Assembly (NCBI RefSeq): GCF_964213995.1 | Contig: NC_135808.1 | Location: forward strand, 24,428,001 to 24,492,000 | DNA: 64,000 bases | Source: Mustelus asterias | Taxonomy: Eukaryota | Direction of reading: 5' to 3' | Shown: one piece after another, positions 59,886 to 64,000 of the stretch | Numbering within the stretch: position 1 is the stretch's first letter | Layout of the letters: each line of letters begins with the position of its first letter | Program-made: the position numbers and the translations under genes | Notes under the pieces: model-generated | The model's input: the letters and a program-made list of their open reading frames with translations, nothing else | Database searches by the model: none | Told to the model about the DNA's origin: nothing

Positions 59886-61804
59886 TTGTTCAGCACCCTC
59901 TATCCCGCTTCCCCGCCCCCCCCCCCCCCCGCCTCACCTCCCGCCCCCTCACCCCAACCATGTGCAAACCCCAAGGCAGCTCTGTCGAAGAGGATGCAGC
60001 AGTGGGACAAGGCTACAGTGATACAGATAAAATGGGTACATGAACATTGCACAGTCTTCATCTCGATCCTGCTGGGTCATTTCCAAAGGCATTTAAGATA
60101 CAACCGCATTGCTGTGGGTCTGGAGTCACATGTAGGGCAGACCAGGTAAGGACAGCAGATTTCCATCCTTCAAGGACATTAGTGAACAAGATGGGTTTTT
60201 ACAACAGTCGGCAATGGCTTTGTGGTCATCATTAGACTTTATTTTTTATTGAGTTCAATTTCCATCCTCTACCATAATGGGATTCAACCCAGATTCCCAG
60301 AGCTTTATCCTGTGTCTCTGGATTCCTATCCAGTGACAATACCTCTACACTGTCAGCAGCCCAAACTCCATGTGGAAGTACCAGGCATGTATCACACAGC
60401 TTGATGTGTGGTGGGTTATCAAAATCAGGAATTACTGCTTGTGGAAGTGGAACTGGATAGGAACACAAAGGTCACCTTCCTGCATCTTCCAGATTTTAAT
60501 CTGGAATGAGAGGCTGGAATGGTAAAAGATCATTGTGATCCAGCTAAAGAGATGTGCAAAGAACTGATTTAATCTTCACTAATAATCCTATGAGGTGATT
60601 TTTTTTCTCATGTCCTTGCACACATATTCACTAAATGTTCCCATCACCGTCTGTTACCACCTCTTGATGTGCATTCCTGACCTTGCAAAGGTCCCTCTGC
60701 TGTGAGAGCAGAGAGGACTGTCACTCAGCCTCTGCTGTTCTCAGCCAGCCTCTCTGGCCCAAACACAGCACCCCGTCCCCAGCTACTGTCGGGACCAGTG
60801 GCCTATTGTGACCCTCTCGCCTGCTTGGACCGATCTACCCTTGCAATTCCCCCCTCCCTCCCAACCTCCTCGGACAGATCGACCTCGTGATGCCTCTTCC
60901 CACCACAATAGCCAGCCCAAACCACCCCCTGCCCTCCCCCCACCATGGCCAGCCCAGTGCATGCCACTCCCTCCCCCACTGATCGCTGTGACACAGTAGC
61001 TCCTCCCCCCCCCCACCCCCCCAACCCACCCCACCAGCATCATTTGGACGCTTGGTCTGGCCCTGTCCTCAATAAGCCCTGCCCCCTCAGGCCCCACCTT
61101 CTGATGCCCAGTTGACAGTGCCAGGGTGCCAGACTGGCACTGCCCAAGGGGCACCCTCCCTGCCAGCTACCGCTGGCGGGGAGCCACAAGGCCTCTATTT
61201 CTACCAGCGAGGCCGTTACATCTGGTCCCCATTGGTGGGGGCCAGCTGTGATTCTCGCTGGAGAGAATCTTTCCCGGTGAGGCCACAGAGGAAAGTGAAC
61301 CCAGACGATAACGTCCCAGGCTCATGAATTCAATGCAAAAGATATGTAAATTTTATTTAAATGATTTATTCAGCCTTGCCCCGGAAATGGATGTGAGGCT
61401 GACCTCGCCGGATGTCTGGTGTGGGTAAGATCGCAACAGGGGAGAAATCGGGCGTGAACCTGATTTCTCGACTTGCTCACGATATTACCGACTCACCCGA
61501 CCATCAGCCAGTGGGGCACAAAGGGAAGATCACCTCCCTCGACAGGATCAACAGAGTGAAAGTGTTAATGATCATACAGAAGCTGCTATGAGGGAAACCA
61601 CTGGCCTCTATTAAAGCTTCCCAGATAAGCGTCAAGGCCAAGACACAAGGAAGGAAAGCCTAGAATAGAGGTTCATTTATTAACAAAGGCTATTAGACTG
61701 AAAGAGTTCATTCAATTAGACATCTGGACATGGGAGAGGTATTTGATATCTACAAACCCAGACTCAAGCTAGGATGTTACAGATAACTTGTAACAACATG
61801 AATT

Positions 61805-62130
61805 CATAGAATCATAGAATCCTTACAGTGCAGAAGGAGGCCATTTGGCCCATCGAGTCTGCACCGACCACAATCCCACCAGGCCCTATTCCTGTCACAC
61901 CACATATTTATCCTGCTAATCCCCCTGACACTAGGGTCAATTTATCATGGTCAATCAACCTAACCCGCACATCTTTGGACTGTGGGCGGAAACCGGAGCA
62001 CCCGGAGGAAACCCACACAGGCACAGGGAGAATGTGCAAACTCCACACAGACAGTGACCCGAGGCCGGAATTGAACCCTGGCTCTGGTGTAGTGAGGCAG
62101 CAGTGCTAACCACTGTGCCACTGTGCTGCC
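61805..62130 (-). mobile_element. HE1-like SINE (CR1-type tail)
   Basis: Head, central domain and (attctatg)n tail. Confidence 0.85.
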
Positions 62131-62196
62131 CCACTGTGCCACCTCTATTAGGTCAGCTAACATGATTAAATCTTCATGCTAATTGGATATTATAAT

Positions 62197-63073
62197 TGTT
62201 ATAATCCAGGTCAGAAACTCCAAGGTATTTTATGAAGTCAGCCTGGACCATAAGTTTTACACTTTGAATTTGGCTGGGGGAAGCATGAGATGTTTCACTT
62301 CAGCTATGATTTAAATGACCCACTAGGGAGCTTTAATCAAACAAAGTTTATTTAAGAATACAGTTAACAAATAGAATGAAAATGTGCAATAACCTTTACT
62401 ATTACAAACAAGAAAAAACATAACCATGATATTGTATAAACCTTAACACCGAAATACACTGTTCCAATACAACAAACATCCTTATAAACATACACCTGCC
62501 TCAGGTGTAGCACAGAAAATAAGAATACTCACGCGGTTTTGCAGCTCAGCAATGCCTGCTGTGAATTAGTCCTTTGGATAGAATTGAAACTCTGGCGTCT
62601 CAGCCTTGTAACTTCCAGCAGACGTTGCGGTAGAGATAAAGCCACTGCTGGCCTCTAGCTATTAACCAGCAAACCACTGACAGCAAAGTTTTCACTCCAG
62701 GAAGGCAAGAAAAACTGCTTCCAACAAAGCAGAATTTCTAATAACAGGGAGAGAGGCACGGAAATACCGCCTTTCAGTCTGAAGTCCAAACACCTTCCAA
62801 CTAAAAAAGCAGTGAGCAGCCCAAACCACTTGTCACCTGACCTATCAATCATTCTTCCCTCTAACAATTGAAAAGGGTTGTAAACTCGTAAAGCTCCAGG
62901 ACATCACAGTAGACCCAGATTAAAAATAAACAAAACCCCATTTAAACCATTTAAGCAGCAATAAAAGGACACCTAAGCACAAAAGTTGGCAACAATGAAA
63001 AAAAACAGCTGCCGACAAACTGCAGAAAACATGATTTAAATAATACATTTCTGAAAGGCACAGTAGTGTCACA
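62197..63073. mobile_element. Possible solo LTR
   Basis: TGTTA...TCACA termini, near-duplicated flanks TAAT/TAGT, no coding signal. Confidence 0.3.
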
Positions 63074-64000
63074 TAGTTAAACAGGCATGCAACGGTGGTG
63101 ATTGGTGTTTAACATTTGTATCATATGCATGTTGTAACCTGAATCAATAATTGTGAGTGGATAGAGATAGCTCCCATACCTTGATTGGTATGTTAGTTAC
63201 TTGTAATCGTGTCTGAAAGCATAACTGCTTGTGCAATTCTGAATTCTGTACTCTGGCTGCCTTTCTGGGATCCTTGCTATATAGCTCGCATATCGAACAG
63301 ATGTCTGATTTGGTTTGGCTACATCAAGGGAAAAAAGTTGTAACAACTTGAAAAGGCTGATCACCAAAAAGCCCCACAACACAGGGCCGATCAGAGTAGC
63401 TTAAACAATGTAACTCCAGATACAGCAATGCCTGAGAGCCCATCACCTCTAGAATCTGCACAGGGTAAACTAGGCAGATCAGAATAGCTTAAACAGTGCA
63501 GCTCCTGATACAGCAATGCCTGACAACCCATAACCTCTAGAATCAGTGCAGGGTAAACAATGAATCGCCTGAAGAAGGAGCAGCGATACAAAAGCTCGTG
63601 ATCCCAAATAAACCTCTTGCACTTTAACTTGGTGTTGTGAGACTTCTTACTCCAGAATCTGTGCAGGGTAAACAGGTCAGGTCAGAACAGCTTCAAAAGT
63701 GCAGCTCCAGATAGAGCAATTCCTGACAAACTATTGCCACAGTTCCGTTCACAGAGAGTCACATATGCAGTGTTTAAATCAGTCAGTCGCTGTCATTTCA
63801 ATTAAATCTTCCCAGATTCTCTCATCCTCTCTGCCGCTGATCTCGGGGCTGGTGTCCCTGGATTACAAACCAGACACTGAGGATGAGAAAGAAATACATT
63901 GCTATAGAGTGAGGCAATCCCAGCAGAAGTGGAACACCCCCAACAAAACCCCTCAGATCCACCCAACTCCCACATATACCAGAAGCAAAATCCATCAGAC

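Overview
Eukaryotic DNA, almost certainly from a cartilaginous fish (shark). The repeat landscape is HE1-type SINEs, HER1/CR1 LINEs and Penelope remnants, and the MHC class I sequences are shark-type. The window holds two tandemly duplicated, minus-strand, UAA-related but non-classical MHC class I heavy-chain genes. Gene B has a complete 7-exon CDS (48673-40684, 343 aa). Gene A has leader, alpha1 and alpha2 exons (10072-508) and runs off the left edge. Both have an X1/X2/Y promoter module. Each duplication unit also carries a heavily decayed LRR (TLR-ectodomain-like) pseudogene upstream. Unit A was later invaded by two elements. One is a full-length Ty3/Gypsy element (12008-16769) that lacks a tRNA PBS and has a perfect 15-bp self-priming-type complement to its own LTR. 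The other is a three-level nest, CR1(-) > CR1(+) > endogenous retrovirus (22194-31536). The ERV has apparently identical LTRs and internally deleted gag and env. Its intact 1450-aa pol contains a 2H-phosphoesterase-like (HxT x2) domain between protease and RT. Other notable signals are minisatellites built from tandem copies of the MHC splice donors, a micro-inversion between the paired CCAAT boxes of the two promoters, and Penelope hammerhead-ribozyme motifs, including an inverted pair inside an MHC intron. All calls were made by eye, and TE boundaries without a stated TSD are approximate.
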